Source of the DNA: a virus
Taxonomy: Duplodnaviria > Caudoviricetes
Length of the DNA: 24,402 nucleotides
Virus record (IMG/VR): IMGVR_UViG_3300025572_000030
Coordinates: 1-24,402 of that record
Direction: 5' to 3' (one strand)
In this document: piece by piece, positions 23,762 to 24,402 of the stretch
Numbering within the stretch: the stretch's first letter is position 1
Layout of the letters: every line of letters begins with the position of its first letter
Notes under the pieces: generated by a model
What the model was told of the DNA's origin: nothing
Database searches by the model: none
Seen by the model: only the letters and a program-made list of their open reading frames with translations
Made by a program: the position numbers and the translations under genes

Positions 23762-23925
23762 GCTTTGGCCTCCCGGCGCTTGGGGCATGAGAGCGTGATG
23801 TCCTCCAGCACGCCGCCAGGCGTCCGGTAACGGCGCACCTGGACGCGGCAGCCCTGCGCCGTCATGAAGTCGCGCACGAGCGTCCAACGGATTGAGCGGT
23901 CGCGCCGCGCGCAGCAGCCCGCCAT
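23758..23925 (-). CDS. Hypothetical protein, 55 aa (MAGCCARRDRS...)
   Basis: AGGAGG SD 7 nt upstream and TGATG coupling. Confidence 0.55.
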   Translation of the reverse strand: MAGCCARRDRSIRWTLVRDFMTAQGCRVQVRRYRTPGGVLEDITLSCPKRREAKA

Positions 23926-24137
23926 CACGCGGCCTCCTGTCGCGCCGGGCAGCGGTGCGGGAAGTACCCGGCGAAGGACCAGTCGCAGGCGTGGAAATGC
24001 CGCTGCTGCCCTGCCTGCGTGAGGAGCACGGCAACCTGCTCGCGGCGCGTGTTGCGGTCGGTGACGCCCTCGAACACCGCCGCGCCGTGCTCGCGCAGCC
24101 GGCGGGCGAGCCACAGCTCCTGCTCGAGCGGGGTCAT
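23925..24137 (-). CDS. Hypothetical protein, 70 aa
   Basis: AGGAGG SD and ATGA coupling. Confidence 0.62.
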   Translation of the reverse strand: MTPLEQELWLARRLREHGAAVFEGVTDRNTRREQVAVLLTQAGQQRHFHACDWSFAGYFPHRCPARQEAA

Positions 24138-24402
24138 GCGGCCTCCTGGGTTTTTATTTCCGATCCTTTCCGCGCGAACAGCTCATGCCAGGCGGCGACG
24201 GCTTGCTGGTACGCACTGGCACCGAGCAGTAGGCTAACCACACGCATGCGACGCGGATCCTGTGCGACGTAGTCCATGCCGCACTCGGTGAGCAGCCGCT
24301 GGCAGACGGTCCTGGCCCAAGCCAGGCGCTCGGCGCGAATCGGTGACGATGACGGCTCCTCGACGTCCACGCGGGCGATGTAGGCATAGAGCAGCAGCCA
24401 TT
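24134..24402 (-). CDS. Hypothetical protein (5' end probably beyond window)
   Basis: The frame of the 24134..24370 ORF stays open to the right edge (WLLLYAYIARVDVEE...). Confidence 0.55.
   Translation of the reverse strand, partial: WLLLYAYIARVDVEEPSSSPIRAERLAWARTVCQRLLTECGMDYVAQDPRRMRVVSLLLGASAYQQAVAAWHELFARKGSEIKTQEAA

Larger units (their letters stand above)
1..24402 (-). mobile_element. Podovirus-like phage/prophage late region (packaging, head, short tail, ejection proteins, lysis)
   Basis: Co-oriented, tightly coupled minus-strand genes in the order terS-terL-portal-scaffold-capsid-tail tube A/B-internal virion proteins-tailspike-holin-endolysin. No tape measure or sheath. No integrase or att site in the window, so lifestyle is undetermined. 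Confidence 0.95.

Noticed and set aside
23929-24148. Repeat CAGGAGGCCGC giving two proteins that end in QEAA
   Set aside because: Explained by AGGAGG Shine-Dalgarno sequences embedded before coupled start codons.
1-24402. CRISPR array, tRNA, integrase/att site, IS element
   Set aside because: No regularly spaced repeats, cloverleaf, recombinase or transposase motifs were seen by eye.

Overview
GC-rich segment of a tailed phage or prophage with a podovirus-type (BPP-1/epsilon15-like) late region, read almost entirely on the minus strand. From right to left: small hypothetical genes, a PD-(D/E)XK endonuclease, terS, terL, two small genes, portal, Bbp19-like protein, scaffold, major capsid, decoration and small virion proteins, tail tubular proteins A and B, a GNAT-like protein, four internal (ejection) virion proteins, a beta-helix tailspike, a 39-aa ORF, a holin-like protein and a GH24 endolysin cut by the left edge. 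The most striking element is the 1061-aa ejection-module protein (5436..8621). It carries a ddrB-like ParB domain and a RelA/SpoT-like nucleotidyltransferase domain. Just downstream of that domain a small gene (5578..5799) is nested on the opposite strand with its own extended -10 and Shine-Dalgarno, which suggests a virion-delivered toxin with a hidden antisense-encoded immunity protein. Also seen: a promoter-like motif repeated three times before late genes, a structured capsid leader with two oppositely oriented copies of one internal-loop motif, and a small ORF that repeats the TerL C-terminus. All family assignments come from motif recognition and gene order; no database search was run.
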